Below are positions 1 to 13,409 of a stretch of 64,000 nt of DNA, piece after piece. The notes beneath the pieces are model-generated. The model was not told the DNA's origin. It did not search any database and worked only from the letters and a program-made list of their open reading frames with translations. The number at the start of each line of letters is the position of its first letter. Within the stretch, counting starts at the first letter, position 1. The position numbers and the translations under genes were made by a program. The stretch comes from Octopus bimaculoides (lineage: Eukaryota), in NCBI RefSeq assembly GCF_001194135.2, contig NC_068981.1, positions 145,771,617 through 145,835,616 on the forward strand, given 5' to 3'.

Positions 1-532
1 TTTACATGTTTCAGTCATTACACTGCAGCCGTGCTGGAATTTTTCAATTTTTCAAGTGCACAGTACCATGACTTCTGAACATTTGATACTGTCTGCATAA
101 ATGTCTCTTCTCATTCATTAAAAAAAAGTAAAACAATAGAATACAGCTCCAACCATTTTGATACCACAAAGTATCATAAAACTCACGAGATACAGTCAAC
201 ATGTTGATTATACATATTTACCTGTGATTAAGTAAATAGTCAAGATATTTGGCTCTAGGTTGCACAGTCCAGTTTTTGAGTGCTTTGTTCTTCACTTGGT
301 GATAACTACTAGCTGCTACTTTGTTTGTTTTTTTTTACATCTGACTAAGAAAATTTATGCAAATTGCCCTAGGAAACTGAGGATTTTATCTAAGTTTGTA
401 AATAAAAAAAATATCAGAATTTTGCTGACTTTACAAATGATAAAAATACCAAAATAAGATCTAGTTTTATGAAAATTTTAGTTAAAATGTGAAGATGTGA
501 TGGCATGTATGTATTTTTTATTTTAAATAAAG

Positions 533-716
533 TGCCGGTGGCACATAAAACTACACTTTTGGGGTGGTTGGCATTAGGAAGGGCATCCAGCTGTAGAGAC
601 CTTGCCACATCAGATTGGAGCCTGGTGCAGCCTCCTGGCTTGCCAGTCCTCAATCAAACTGTCCAACCCATGCCAGCATGGAAAGTGGACGTTAAACGAC
701 GATGATGATAATGATG
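533..716 (+). mobile_element. Abundant RTE-tail short repeat. Other copies: ~8470-8690, 10030-10165, 11530-11690, 12450-12660, 27250-27425, 27990-28172, 29665-29880 (-), 34200-34385, 35880-36062, 38800-38975, 57400-57585
   Basis: Shared GTGGTTGGCATTAGGAAGGGCATCCAGC...CCAACCCATGCCAGCATGGAA...(GAT)n. The same tail follows the RTE coding fragments at 33.9 and 57.1 kb. Confidence 0.85.
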
Positions 717-3700
717 AAAGGTAATTTCTTGCCCACATACAGGGTACAAGCCATATTGTTAGCATATACAAGAGGAAAGTCTGGAGAATGGTAGATTTCT
801 TTGTTCCTGTTTCACTTCCTTTAAGAAATGTTGAAAAGAAGACCTTGATTTGTCCATTTACATTTAATGGGCCACAGAATTTGAATTTATTGCTAAAATC
901 AGAAAAGATTACATTAGTTGTTTTTTTTTTGTTTGCTTTGCTGTTGTGATATGGAAATTACCAGTCAGGGTAAAAATACACTTGAACAAAACACTACGAC
1001 AGGTCAACATTAATTTAACACTAGCTGTGCTACTAGTTCATCAGTGTTTCTCTCCAGCATGATTAACTCAAGATGTAAAATCTTGGCTGCAGAGCTATGT
1101 AATATATACGAAGCAATAAAGCTTCATCAATGATAAAAATATTTTGATTTCCAAGAAATGTTGGTTAAACAGTGACTCATTGTTAGGGAAAAGTGTAATA
1201 AGTGGGAAAAACTACTGAAAAAGCTTTGTGAAAATATTCTAGTGCTGCATTCTGTATCAAAGCATAATAAAGAACATGGTGTCTCCTTTTCAGCTGCTTT
1301 GATGCTTTAAAGGTGTAATGAATCTTACATTTATCTGTGGTTAGGTGTCATTCAGCTGCTCTTTTTCCCTCACTGCCAATATGTCACAGCAATACTGTGC
1401 TGTTTGATATGTCACAACAGCACTATACATAAAGGAGCATGACGGTTGAATGTTTTCTGTTTTGCTTTTAGCAATAAATCCAAATTTTTTAGTGAATTAG
1501 GTGTAAGCATTTTTAACATTTCTTTTGGTGATTGAAACAAGAACAGAAAAATCAGCCATTCTCCAATGAAGATTTGGGCAGATTTCCCTCTCATATGTGC
1601 AATGTGTTCCCTTTATGTAGAAAATATAAAATAATTCATACACAAATGTCACCCTTGAGAAAGGAGTAGTTTGATTTTTACAGTGATAACAATCTATTGT
1701 TCTAAGGAAACAATACACTTTTGACAACATAAGTATGAATTTAGGAAAACAATAGGGTTAATCAAATCTGAAGACGCTTCCAACAAATATTATTACTGTA
1801 GATTATCTTGCTTATATTTTGCACAATGCTACAAATTGTTACAAAAATAAAAAAACAAATATTGAAAATATTGTGCTCAAAATGTACAAGCATTTCAGTA
1901 TCTCAACTAAAAAGACACCTCAGTTAAGGGGATTTTGCGAATTCATGGCTGTTGATAATTGTAATGTTACGCCATGTTTGAACTAGATGGCGCTCTCTTT
2001 CTCTGTTTTGTCATCTATTAGTGAACCCTTAAGTACCAGAAAGTTCTACCCAAAGCACTGTAGAAATGCCTTGATGAGCGAAATACCTTTGATGAAGATG
2101 AAGGAAATACCTTTGAATCATTGGAGATCTCTTTCTTTGTACTCAGTCATACTCTTAAATTGTTTGAAGACACTATTGAAGCATAAGAAACTAAGCCATT
2201 CAACATAATTTCAGGATTTAAGCTAATGGTTGGACTGAAAATGAACTTGTGAGAAAAGTACTCTTTATTTATTTTTAGTTTTTCTGTGAGCTCTAAGCTT
2301 AGCCAGCTTACCTCTACTGTCTCAGAAATGTGGAACAGACTTCATTGTTTTTCATAAACCAAACTTGTTGCTAGATCTACATATCCCTCTAACATACAAA
2401 CCACGTCTTAGTCCTCTTCAAGTCACAAATCCCTCAACCTTGTCTATAGTTTCTTTTTGTTGTCTCTATGTTACACTCCTTGTTTAAACTTCATTTTAAA
2501 AGGTAGTGTCTATGCATATATAGGTTCCACTCTCCCTGCCACTCATTGCTCTTACCTGACTTTCTTTGTTACTCTGGCTCAAAGTTTTCCTCCCCTGTTC
2601 ATTAAGTATGTCTGCTTTCTCTACCATTCTCTATGCTCCTCCATCTGTCAACAATCCTTCAGTCACAATTCTTCTTGGCTCTTGTACTCATTGCATGTTG
2701 ATGCTACCAGTGCCAAAACCAAATTGTTTGCAATCCTCAACTCTCTACATTAACTAGTTTCATCACCTATACATATATCTGTCTAATGCAGATACACTCC
2801 AAGCACTCTTGATTTTTCCTCACCTTCAAACCCAACATATACCAAATCATAACCATCTCTGCACCTATGAGGTCATTCAATCACTTCTTTCCACTATGAT
2901 CCACCACACAACTGCATAATGCCCTACTCCACAGCCTACATATTATTGCATTTCATGTCAGTTGACTAGTTGGAGCTTCACCAGTTCTGTGGTAATTATC
3001 CTTGACAGTACATGGACTTCACTACTGACCAATGTTCCCTCTAAGCTGTGCAGTCATATTGTTGTTGCATTGATGCTGCAGGCATCAAAATGTTGCTGAC
3101 CATTTGAACCCTTTACCATTCAGATTTTTTTTGTTAAATGTATTGCTTATTTATTCATTGTTTTGAATTAATTACCCATTATTTTGTTGGTGTGTCAGTA
3201 TATTTTTAGAATGACATTGTAGATAGGTGTAAGAGGTTGGATCTGGTCAGTTTTAACATAGAATAGATTGGATATTTGGGCTCGATATGGCTGGATTAAA
3301 TGCTAAAGGGTTAATTAACAAAATATCGTTGTTTTGTTCTGTGTACCTTTTTACCATTTCTCACAACTCAAGGTTAGCTGCCTCCAAAATAATGATGTCC
3401 CCTGCATTTCACTTCACTCAACAGTTATTTTGGGGAAGCTGTCAAACTGTCGACAGTGGACAGTGGCAACAGCTTATTTAGATAGAGAGGTCAGGGCTCT
3501 TGACCCATTACAAATAGCTTGGAAATTATCCTCTTAGTCATGTCCCTCCATTCCACTCTCGACAAACACTTGCAATCCTAACTCCTCTTAGTGGTCCACT
3601 CATTGCTGTACTGGTGCAAATCAGGCAAGCTATATGGCCTACAAGGCCTGGAGAAAATCAACCACTCCTACAAACTGAATACCTCATACTCAGCATTGCT

Positions 3701-4048
3701 ACCCCAGCACAACCAGCACCTGATCCATAAAGAATGCCTCTATGCGTTACACAGCCCGCAAGTTCTCCTGCCTCCCCCAGCTGCAGCTAATGAATCTCAT
3801 TACCTTTCCTAAAGGATCTTTACCAACATTGCAAATCTCCTTTCATCTACTTCTTAACCATGATGATTCTGTAAACAGTATTTTCGTTCATACTCAGCCC
3901 CCCCCCCACTCCATGTGCATAAATTAGTTATATCACTTCCAAAAGTCATCCCTTCTTATACCTCTAGGCTCACTGCCATCTCTACATACATGCCAAGTGT
4001 GAAAGTAACCCCACTTGCTTTATATCAACAGGGCCACTGGCCCTGAGT

Positions 4049-4535
4049 GTGCATCCTACAGCTGTCTACCTATCTTCATACCTTCAGTCTGTTTCTCTCT
4101 CTCTACAGAGTTATATCCTGACTTTGGAAACATACTGTACTCTGCCCCATTCCAAAGAAAAGCAACCCCCTGACTCTGCAATGTACTATCCTATTGCACC
4201 TACTTCCACTGTCTCAAAAGTGATGGAGATGGCCACTAACAACAACCGTCTCCAACACTTTGAAATGCTTTCCCTCCTCTATGACCATCAATACATCTTT
4301 TGTAAAGCCTGATCTACTGGAGACCTTCCTTCCTATGTCACTTAGCTGTGGGCTCTTGTTCTTGAACAATTTGGTGAATATGGTATTGTTACCTTGAATG
4401 TTTGCAAAGCTTTCATGTGTATCTGGTACATGACTCCCCTATTAAAATTGCCTGTCTTTGACCTTTGTCCTTCACTCATCTCTTGATTTGATGGGATTTC
4501 TATCAAATTGTAAAGATGTAGTATTGGCTGATGAA
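4049..4535 (+). mobile_element. Decayed CR1/Jockey-group LINE reverse transcriptase fragment
   Basis: YYPIAPTSTVSKVME...LLYDHQYIFCKA*STGDL...LNVCKAF corresponds to YRPIALTS..SKV.E / LLSDHQYGFRK.RST.D / LDISKAFD, with stops. The element probably extends upstream to about 3400. Confidence 0.7.
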
Positions 4536-4539
4536 GCTC

Positions 4540-4790
4540 TCTCTCTCTGTCCTCTCTGGTGTGCCTCACACTCTTCTTTCTGTATATCAATAGCTTACTT
4601 GTTGATGGTTAGGGAGGTGTGAAGAGTGTTATCTTCGACATGGGAGTTAGCATTGTTGGAATTGATGACAAGTAGTTTATTATTGTTTTGGAAAATGAGT
4701 GTAGGGGACAAAATTGAATCTTGGAGTACACCATAGTTGATATAGGAGAAGCAAAACTTATCTAAGTGTGGAGATGATTGTGGATACTTG
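4540..4790 (-). mobile_element. Inverted continuation of the same LINE RT (INYGVLQDSILSPTL...HVEDNTLH)
   Basis: Degenerate GVPQGSILSPTLF and YADD motifs on the strand opposite the adjacent RT piece. Confidence 0.65.
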
Positions 4791-5006
4791 CTACTAACAA
4801 TGTGCAAAGACAGGAATCATGATTTAACAATTCCATCACTGCTGCCTAATGTTTTTTTTTTGTCTGCTACTGCTACACTTCAGTGCTTTATAGCACTATA
4901 CATCTGTATGAAAATATTTTTCAAAGTATATAATGAAGTTTTGTTGCTTATGATAGTATATCCGCATTAAGATATACAGAATGCTATTCTGAACCTGCTT
5001 CTGTCA

Positions 5007-5039
<33 letters not shown>

Positions 5040-5040
<1 letters not shown>

Positions 5041-5320
5041 GGTTGTCTACTTTTTATGCAGAATCTGACCACCTCTTGTACTTACACCTTAGATCTATCA
5101 TGGCATCTGATGTGGCTTTTTAAACCAGACAATATTTTGAAAAGACACTCATGTAGATTGCATATCTGTTTTGGACCACCAAGAGCTGCAGTTAAGTTCT
5201 GATCTTTGTGGATCTTAAAATGTCTTTTGAGGCCTCTGTTAGATTTGTAGGCCTTATGGCATACCGTAGATTTGCAAACCTTACAGTATTGACAGTGACA
5301 GGTGTGCACAGATATATAGG
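5040..5320 (-). mobile_element. Probable 3' end of an RTE-type LINE with two degenerate C2H2 fingers
   Basis: VCHKAYKSNRGLKRHFKIH and CNLHECLFKILSGLKSHIRCH, then a stop, a short tail and (TA)n. No splice context. Confidence 0.5.
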
Positions 5321-5341
5321 CAGAGTAGTTGGTGGAGGTTC

Positions 5342-5384
<43 letters not shown>

Positions 5385-7021
5385 AGTGAGAGAGAGAGAG
5401 AGATGAATGGTTTAACAGCTCACATCACCTGACAGGAAGCTTCCTATCCAAGAAACGAGGCAGATGGAGATGATAAGCAGCTGGTTTAGATAAGGCACAA
5501 GGTTGCTACATTTGACAATTGAATGCTTTGCAAATGTCAAGTGTAACACCACTGTTGTCTTATTTCTTGAGAGTTGGTGTCCACCTATAAATGATAGAAC
5601 AGATTTGCCTGAAATATGAACTGTTGACCTCCTTTGATGAGCTAGTTTAATTGTCTGTGCTACTTTTTGGGGGATGAACTATTGCAACAGTATATTACAA
5701 CACAGAAGACATGTCACAGTACTCGATAAAACAGCTAAATACAACCTACTGTCTTAAAATTAAGGGAAGAATGCATTTGATAATGTAGTTTTAAGCACTC
5801 ATAAAGACAGAACTGCTATGATTCAAGCTCTTATAGTTATGAGGTTTGTTAGATCAACATTGGTGGAACACAAAGATAGACAAAGCATTGGTTGATAACA
5901 CAATCAATGTATATAGAATTTCTTTAACCTTTTAGCATTTAATCCAGCCTTATCCAGCCCAAATATTCTTCCTGTTTTATGTTAAAACTGACCAAATCCA
6001 ACCTCTCACACCTGCCCTACAATGTCATTCTAAAAATATACAAACACACCATTGGAATCTTGAAACTACAAAGTTATGTGTGAGCTTGCTTCCCAACCAC
6101 ATAGTTCCAAATTCAGTCTCACAGGATGGCACCTTGAGCAAACGTCTTCTACTATAGCCTCAGGCCAACCAAAGCCTTTGTAAGTAAATTGTAAGAAGCC
6201 TGACGTATATATATGTGTGTATATATACCTGTGTGTGTAGCTTTGCTTCTGTGTTTGCCCCCCTCCCCACGACTGTTTGACAACTGGTGTTGATGTGTTT
6301 GTGTCCCCCATAACTTAGCGGTTTGGCAAAATAGACTGATAGAATAAGTACAAAGCTTGAAAAAGAAGCACTGAGGTTGATTCATTCACTTGACTAAAAA
6401 CTCAAGGTAGTTTAATGACCAAAACAAGTAAAAGATAAAATAAGCAATACATTTGACAAAGAAATCTGAATGCTAAAGGGTTAAAATATTATCATTGTAA
6501 GCTTTATTGACTGATTACTGAAACTAAGTTGGGAGTTAACAGTGAAATTTTAAATCTTGCAATCATGATATCATCAGTAACATATCATTCCTGATTTTTA
6601 ACCCCTTTTGTCATATTTCTGGTGAAATACATTACTTTTACTTCATTTAATTTTGAAAATCGTTATTAAACTGCTGTTTGGAACAGAAAATAACATCAAA
6701 TTTTGTCGGAAGGTTTTTAATTTAGTCCACTTTAGCCCTTCAGCATTTAAACAGGCCACATCAGGCCAAAATAGTCTACCTATTATATGTTCAAAATGGC
6801 CAGATCTGGCTTCTCACACCTATCCAACAATGTCATTCTAGAAAAAATAAAAATCACATCTTCAAAATCTCAAATCTATGAGATAATACATAATTAATTC
6901 AAAATGATGTGAATAAATAAAACATGACATATGACAGAATAATGCGAATCATAAAGGGTAAAAACTAAAAGCCTAGAGTGGTCTCTGGTGAGTTGGTAGT
7001 GGATGAACTACTCATTACAAA

Positions 7022-7406
7022 GTGGACGCGCAATGGCCCAGTGGTTAGGGCAGCGGACTCGCGGTCATAGGATCGCGGTTTCGATTCCCAGACCGGGCGT
7101 TGTGAGTGTTTATTGAGCGAAAACACCTAAAGCTCCACGAGGCTCCAGCAGGGGATGGCGGCGAACCCTGCTGTACTCTTTCACCACAACTTTCTCTCAC
7201 TCTTTCTTCCTGTTTCTATTGTGCCTGTATTTCAAAGGGCCAGCCTTGTCACACTGTGTCACACTGAATATCCCCGAAAACTACGTTAAGGGTACACATG
7301 TCTGTGGAATGCTCAACCACTTGCACGTTAATTTCACAAGCAGGCTGTTCCGTTGATCGGATCAACTGGAACCCTCGACGTCGTAAGCGACGGAGTGCCA
7401 ACAACA
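7022..7406 (+). mobile_element. Full-length tRNA-derived SINE with 12-bp target-site duplication
   Basis: A-box TGGCCCAGTGG, B-box GGTTTCGATTCC, (CAA)n tail; direct repeat ACTCATTACAAA at 7010-7021 and 7407-7418; CpGs preserved. Confidence 0.9.
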
Positions 7407-7486
7407 ACTCATTACAAAATGTCAGAAGATGAGTTCCCTATGTAAATCATCATTGTTTTACATCCATGATCCATGCTGGCATAGAT

Positions 7487-7716
7487 TTAACCCTTTAGCA
7501 TTTAAACTGGCCATATCTGGCCTAAGTATTCAACCTGTTTTATGTTCACACTGGCTAGATCCAACCTCTCATATCTGTCCTACAATGTTAGTCTAAAAAT
7601 AAACAATCACATAATCAAAATCTCAAAACTTCTAGAGATAATGCAGGATACATTCAAAACAATGTGAATAAATAAGTATTACATTTGACAGAATAATGTG
7701 AATGCTAAAGGATTAA
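7487..7716. mobile_element. piggyBac-like MITE of about 220 bp. Other copies: ~3105-3314, 5924-6484 (split by a SINE), ~6730-6962, ~27590-27800, ~31555-31775, 34577-34804, 34865-35109
   Basis: Ends TTAA-CCCTTTAGCATT and AATGCTAAAGGG-TTAA with a shared interior. TTAA plus CCC termini are the piggyBac hallmark. Confidence 0.75.
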
Positions 7717-10398
7717 ACTGATTATTATCCAAGTCAGCTGTTTGGAGTTACTGGTTTCCAAGACAGATTGGAGGAAACCATGTTTTATTTATATGTTTTC
7801 ATTTGGTGAGGTTTCTACTGCTGTATGCTTTTCTTAATACCAACCACTTTACTAAGTGTAGTGGGTGCTGGCACCAGCATGAGAGAAGTTGCTTTGTCTA
7901 CTCTAATCTATGTCCATTTATTCAAGGCATACTTGGGCAAAGTTGGTATGAGTGAAATTAAAGAGAGACTGTTGAGTTTTATATCCTCTGTGTCAGAAAA
8001 TCTGGTTGCAACTTAGAGGATGTAATGCTCTTCAGTCTCTCTCTAATTTCACTCACGTCAACCTTCCCTTGAGAAATACATTATGACCAGCGATCTCTAA
8101 CAACATCTGATTGTCTGGTTTATACTGTGACATGCACGCACACACAAAAAACACTGTAACCATGACTCTTCTGGAGGGTTTCTGAGCATGAATAAACAGA
8201 AAGAAAACTGTGACTCGTGGGGGTATGAGGTATATTAACACAGCCCTTATGTTCCTGCCTATTTGGCATTGTTGATTCAATGATGACTTTTCTGACATTA
8301 GATATTTCAATGTTTCTCTTGTTCACTTTTTCTTCCTCTCTCTGTTTATGTGTGTGAATGTATTTATGTATATGAATGTATTTATGTATATGAGGAGAGA
8401 GGAAAGTGTTTATGTCAACATAAAGTGAACAAGAGAAACATTGAAATATGCTGGCACTGTGTAAAAATGTACCCATGCCAGCACCACATGAATCTCACCC
8501 ATGATAGTACCACTTAAAAAAGCGTCCAGTACACCCTGTAAAGTGGTTGGCATTAGGAAGGGCCTTCAGCCATAGAAACCATACTAAAACAGATGGAACC
8601 TGGTGTGCAGCCCGTTGGCGTGCCAGATCCTGTCAGAACATGTGACCCATGCTAGTATGAAAAATGAACATTAAGTAACGATGATGTGTTCAATTAATAT
8701 ATTGTAATGTCTCATTCTTTCACTCTCTCTGTGTATATTTCTGCACCTGCTTGTATATGTGCATGTTTGCCTCCAGTACAAAATGTTCTTTTGCTAAAAC
8801 TGGTTCAGTGTCCTGTCAGCGATGCCAAATTGTCAGCATCCAAACAGTTGCATCCAATCATTTCATTCTAGATATATAGGGAGCCCCAGTAGTTAGTAGT
8901 GTATCAAGATTTACAGTTATCCTCAGACTGGAGTCCTGGTCTAAATGCTAGCAACAGAATAGACTCTGCTAAAGGTAAACAAGGGGCAAGTATGTTTTCG
9001 AACGTGGATGAAAAGAGAAAACAGTGAATAACTATGAAGAAGGAAAGTTCAGCTTGGGTGAAACGTGTTGTTGTTGACTTGTCTCATGTAAAAAGTTATG
9101 TCATTGATACTATAAGGTTCAGATGCTAATTGGAAATGAGATGATTGAATGCTGTTGCTTGGATGGTGAACATTTGACAAGGCTGACTGGACATTCAACC
9201 TGTTGTGGCAAGAGTACATTTTGGCATTAGGGGCAAACATACATGTAAGCATGCATGCAGAAATACACACGTAGACATATGTGCCAGTGTCACATGAAAA
9301 GCGCCAATGCTGGTGCCACATAAAAGCACCTATGCTGGTGCTGTGTACCCAGTACACTCTGTACCCAGTATACTAAATGATGATGATGACATAAAAAGAG
9401 TGGGGGGAGAGACATTACAATTTAATAATTGAATATGATTGTAATAAACACTTTTCCTCTCCTCATACACAATAAGAAATAAGCTCACACACCTAAACAA
9501 AGAAAAGAGAGGAGGGATAAAATGAAAGAAACATTAAAATGTTTGGTGTCCAATAAGCCAGTGTTGACTCAGCCACATCAAACAGGAGGCACCAAAATGA
9601 CCGTTCCCATATGTCTCCTACCCAAGTATTATACATCTCATCAGTCATGTAATAGAAATGTAGTTATCTTCTATAATGGTATCATGGAAACAAAATCAGT
9701 TTTCCACCTCTTTTACTACTGTAACTGTTTTACTCTTCTGAACTAGTTAACTCTATAATCTCTCCCTTGAGTCCACTGGACTACTATGTTTCTTCTCTTA
9801 CCGTCACTCACAAAGTCTCTCTCCTCTTTCTGTCACTACATCATGCATTTCTCTTCTGGCCATACTTTTCCTGCAATGACCTGCAGATGTTGAAGCTGAA
9901 CAACAACAGCATATATCTCACCAGTCTAGAAGTGTGGCCTGCGAAAATCATGTATAACTGACTCTGCACCTCTGATTAACCTAATAAAAAATAGTGATAT
10001 TTTTAATCTTTATTTGTTATATTTCTGTACACTCTGTAAAGTGGTTGGTGTTTGAAAGAGCACCCAGCTGTAGAAACCATGTCAGCTTGGCACAGTTCTT
10101 TGGCTTACCAGCTCCTGTTAAACTGTCCAACCCATGCTAACATGGAAAATATTAACTGATGATGTTTTTATTTTATTTGTTTTTGCATTTGATATTAGCA
10201 TATTCCATGGCTAAAGGACAGGTCAACATCATTATGTTAGACAGTTTTGTATGATGTTAAAGGTATTCTATAAAATCAGTTAAATATTTGAAACACTTTT
10301 GTTTAAAATATTATGTTATCTTTGATATTATCTCTCTGTATTCATTTTATAAAAAGAATACTGAAAACTGTAACTTTTGATATTCTAATTTTTACAGG

Positions 10399-10513
10399 AA
10401 TCCAACAGCCACAAGCTCAGCGACCTCGTCACAAGGCCAGTTATAGTGAAAAGACATCTCAGTCTGCACAAGCTTCAAATATTCCAATAAATAAGTCAAA
10501 TTTCATGGATTAA
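10399..10513 (+). other. Orphan putative terminal coding exon (GIQQPQAQRPRHKASYSEKTSQSAQASNIPINKSNFMD*), or the start of the UBXN6 5'UTR exon
   Basis: Acceptor-like tattctaatttttacag ends at 10398, followed by a phase-1 open frame of coding-like composition ending in TAA at 10513. No partner exon found in the window. Confidence 0.4.
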
Positions 10514-10605
10514 AAGTTTATAATTAAGAAAAAAAAAAAATCAGTTGTCTAAATTATTAATTTATCTTTTAATTGAAATATTTCAACTCAAAAAACCAAA
10601 TCACG

Positions 10606-10822
10606 ATGCCAAATAAATTTTTTGATAAAATTAAACTAGATCACTTCTTTAAGAAAGCCGGTCCTGGTCATAAATTAACACAAGAAAAAGAAAGTCATGC
10701 CAGTTCATCTTTGCATTCCAATTTATCCGTTGGCCCTTCATCATTACCCTCAGCCTCTAAAACAGAATCAGAACAGAGAGCTGCAGCTGCTGCCATTGCA
10801 CGGTTCAATCAATCAAAATCAG
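10606..10822 (+). CDS. UBXN6: UBX domain-containing protein 6, coding exon 1 (MPNKFFDKIKLDHFFKKAGPGHKL...QRAAAAAIARFNQSKS)
   Basis: Matches the UBXN6 N-terminus (F-K-x-AGPG-x-KL) and the VIM-like AAAAA-x-AR motif. ATG at 10606; GT donor at 10823; 217 nt, phase 1. Confidence 0.9.
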
Positions 10823-13409
10823 GTAGATATATATATATATATATATATGAATTCTTTTATCTTTTCTTTTACTTGTTTCAGTCATTGGACTGTGGTCATG
10901 CTGGGGCACTGCCTTGAAGGGTTTTAGTTGAAGAAGAAATTGACCTCAGTACTTATTTTTTAACTTTGCTTTTGTGATCTGGATATCAATGTTTTGAAAC
11001 TGACCTATTTTCCATTACATTTCAGACAGATTCAGCTCCGAGTTGCTGAAACAGAAATATCATTATATCAGATATTCTACTCAATACCACAGATTTGCTT
11101 GACCATAACCACTTGAGCATGTCCTTTAGTGGCTGACTATACGTGCATCTCTAATAATGAGCAGAAGTGGGGGAGCATCATAGTCATGTGTTGAGACGGA
11201 TTCTTCAGGTTTTGAATAAATATCATTAACAAAAGCAAAGTTTTAAGGAAATAGTAACCATTTTCATACTTTGTAGGGATAAGCAAATAGAAAATAACAG
11301 TTGCTACTAAAGGACAAATATCATGTTACACAGTGTCATAAATCTGTTCCTGTCCTTGTATTCTATATTCTCTCTTGTAACCTTACCTAGAATCATTGTA
11401 TTCACTCTTCTATTCTCCCTCGGTTATTGAGATCCCTTTAAGCCCCTAGTTTTACAAGTTGCAAGGTGACCTTACTAGTGCAGGTGTTACAAAAAAAAAA
11501 AAAAGATGAAACAAACAAAGAAAGCACTCTCTACACTCTGAAAGTGATTGGCATTAGAAAGGGTATCCGGCTACAGAAACCATGTCAAACAGACATTGGA
11601 GCGTAAGACATTCCTCTGACTAGTCAGATCATGTTGAACTATCCAACCTATACCAGCATGGAAAGCGGACATTAAATGATGATGATAACGATATATATAC
11701 AAACTAGGTTTCAGTGCAGTTTGCATCTGCAATTTCATTCACAAGGCATTGGTCACCCTAAGTCTGTAATAGAAGACACCTACCCAGTGTACATTGTGCC
11801 ATGTTACAAGAATGAACTCAAAACCACATGGTTGTAAACTTTCTAACCATGCAACCATTCCTGTATTTATACTAATTTTTTAATTCAATAATTGATTATT
11901 TAAGTAATTTAAGATTTTTATGTAAATGATATTTAGAATGGTAAATGCTGGTATGGGACAGAAAAAGAGAAACAGGCTCACCTCACCACCAGGATTCAAA
12001 CCAGGTGACTACTTTACCATTTACACTACCCAATATCTGCCTGTCCTCAAACTATTTACTAAAAAGGTATTTTTCTGTTGCTTAACTGTATTACTCTGAT
12101 GGAGACAGTATGACTGAATGATTAAGAAGTTAGTGTGACAATCCTGAGAACCTGGGTTCAATCTCGCTGAATGGTATCTTGAGCAAGTGTCTTTTACTAT
12201 AACTGCATATTGATCTGAGCCTTGTGAGTAAAATTATACTTATAGAAATTGTGTGGAGGCCCATCAGATAGATTCTACTTGCAATTTCAAAAGGTATCAC
12301 ATGGTCATACACTGTGCCATATTGATTCTACATGGGAATTATGTTATGGTTACATAAGTCTGTGGAATACTCAGCCATTTACACAATAATTCAATGAACA
12401 GGTAGTTCCGGTGATTGTGCAACTGAATATTCGTTCCTGAAATGTGCCTGTGCTGGTGTTACATAAAAGGGCCTGTGCCAGTGCCACGTAAAAGGCACCC
12501 AGTACACTCTGAAGTGGTTGGTGTTAAGAAAGGCATCCAACTTTAGAAAACATGCCCAAAAAAGACAATTGGAACTTGGGCAGCTTCGCAGTTGGCCGGC
12601 TCCTGTCAAACTGTCCAACCCATGCCAGCATGGAAAGCGGATGTTAAATGATGATGATGAAGAAACTGATTGAGATCCGTTTACTCTATTATTCTATCTC
12701 TACAAGCATCTCCCATATTCTACACCTAATTCATCAGTCACTTAGTTTAGCAGAGCAGGTATTTATACTAATATCCAATATATGAGGTGTCAAGGTAATG
12801 TGAGGTATTTAACAGTGTAATTAGTAGTGAAGTTACCTGGTAATCATTTAACAAGTGTTTTGTTTACCTTTTCCATCCTCTAAAAGTGAAATGATTGAAT
12901 TCCTGTGATAAAATAATAATACTGTATTTGATGGCGTAAAAGATGAACATTTTTCCTCAAAAAATAAATAAAAAAAAAAAAAAGGAAAAAAAATCACTCT
13001 GGCTTGTATATGTGAAATTGGGTCTAAATTACAAGCTTTGATGTACAAAATATATTTTTCCTGAATATTCACTGCTGAAATTGGGTGTGTGTCTAATATG
13101 CTCATGCATCTTTTATGCCATCAAATGCAGCAATCTCCAAACTCATATCTGACAATAACAAAGCAACGTTTAGTATTGAAATAAGATTAAAGACTATACA
13201 GATGAAGGGAGATCATTTTTAGTTGTTTATATCACACTGACCAAATATTCTTTTCTACTCTAGGCACAAAACCCGAAATTTTTGGGGAGGGAGCCAGTTG
13301 ATTAGATCAACCCCAGAATGCAACTGGTACTTAATTTATTGACCCTGAAAGGATGAAAGGCAAAGTTGAACTTAGAATGTAAAGACAGATGAAATACTTT
13401 GTTTACATT

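Noticed and set aside
260-3927. Short ORFs of 60-100 aa here and throughout the track, including N-spanning ones
   Set aside because: They show no homology or splice support. Most derive from repeats, microsatellites, gaps or the antisense strand of real exons.
7022-7100. SINE heads as functional tRNA genes (also 13580-13655, 25140-25215, 47300-47370)
   Set aside because: They lack a closing acceptor stem and continue straight into SINE bodies.
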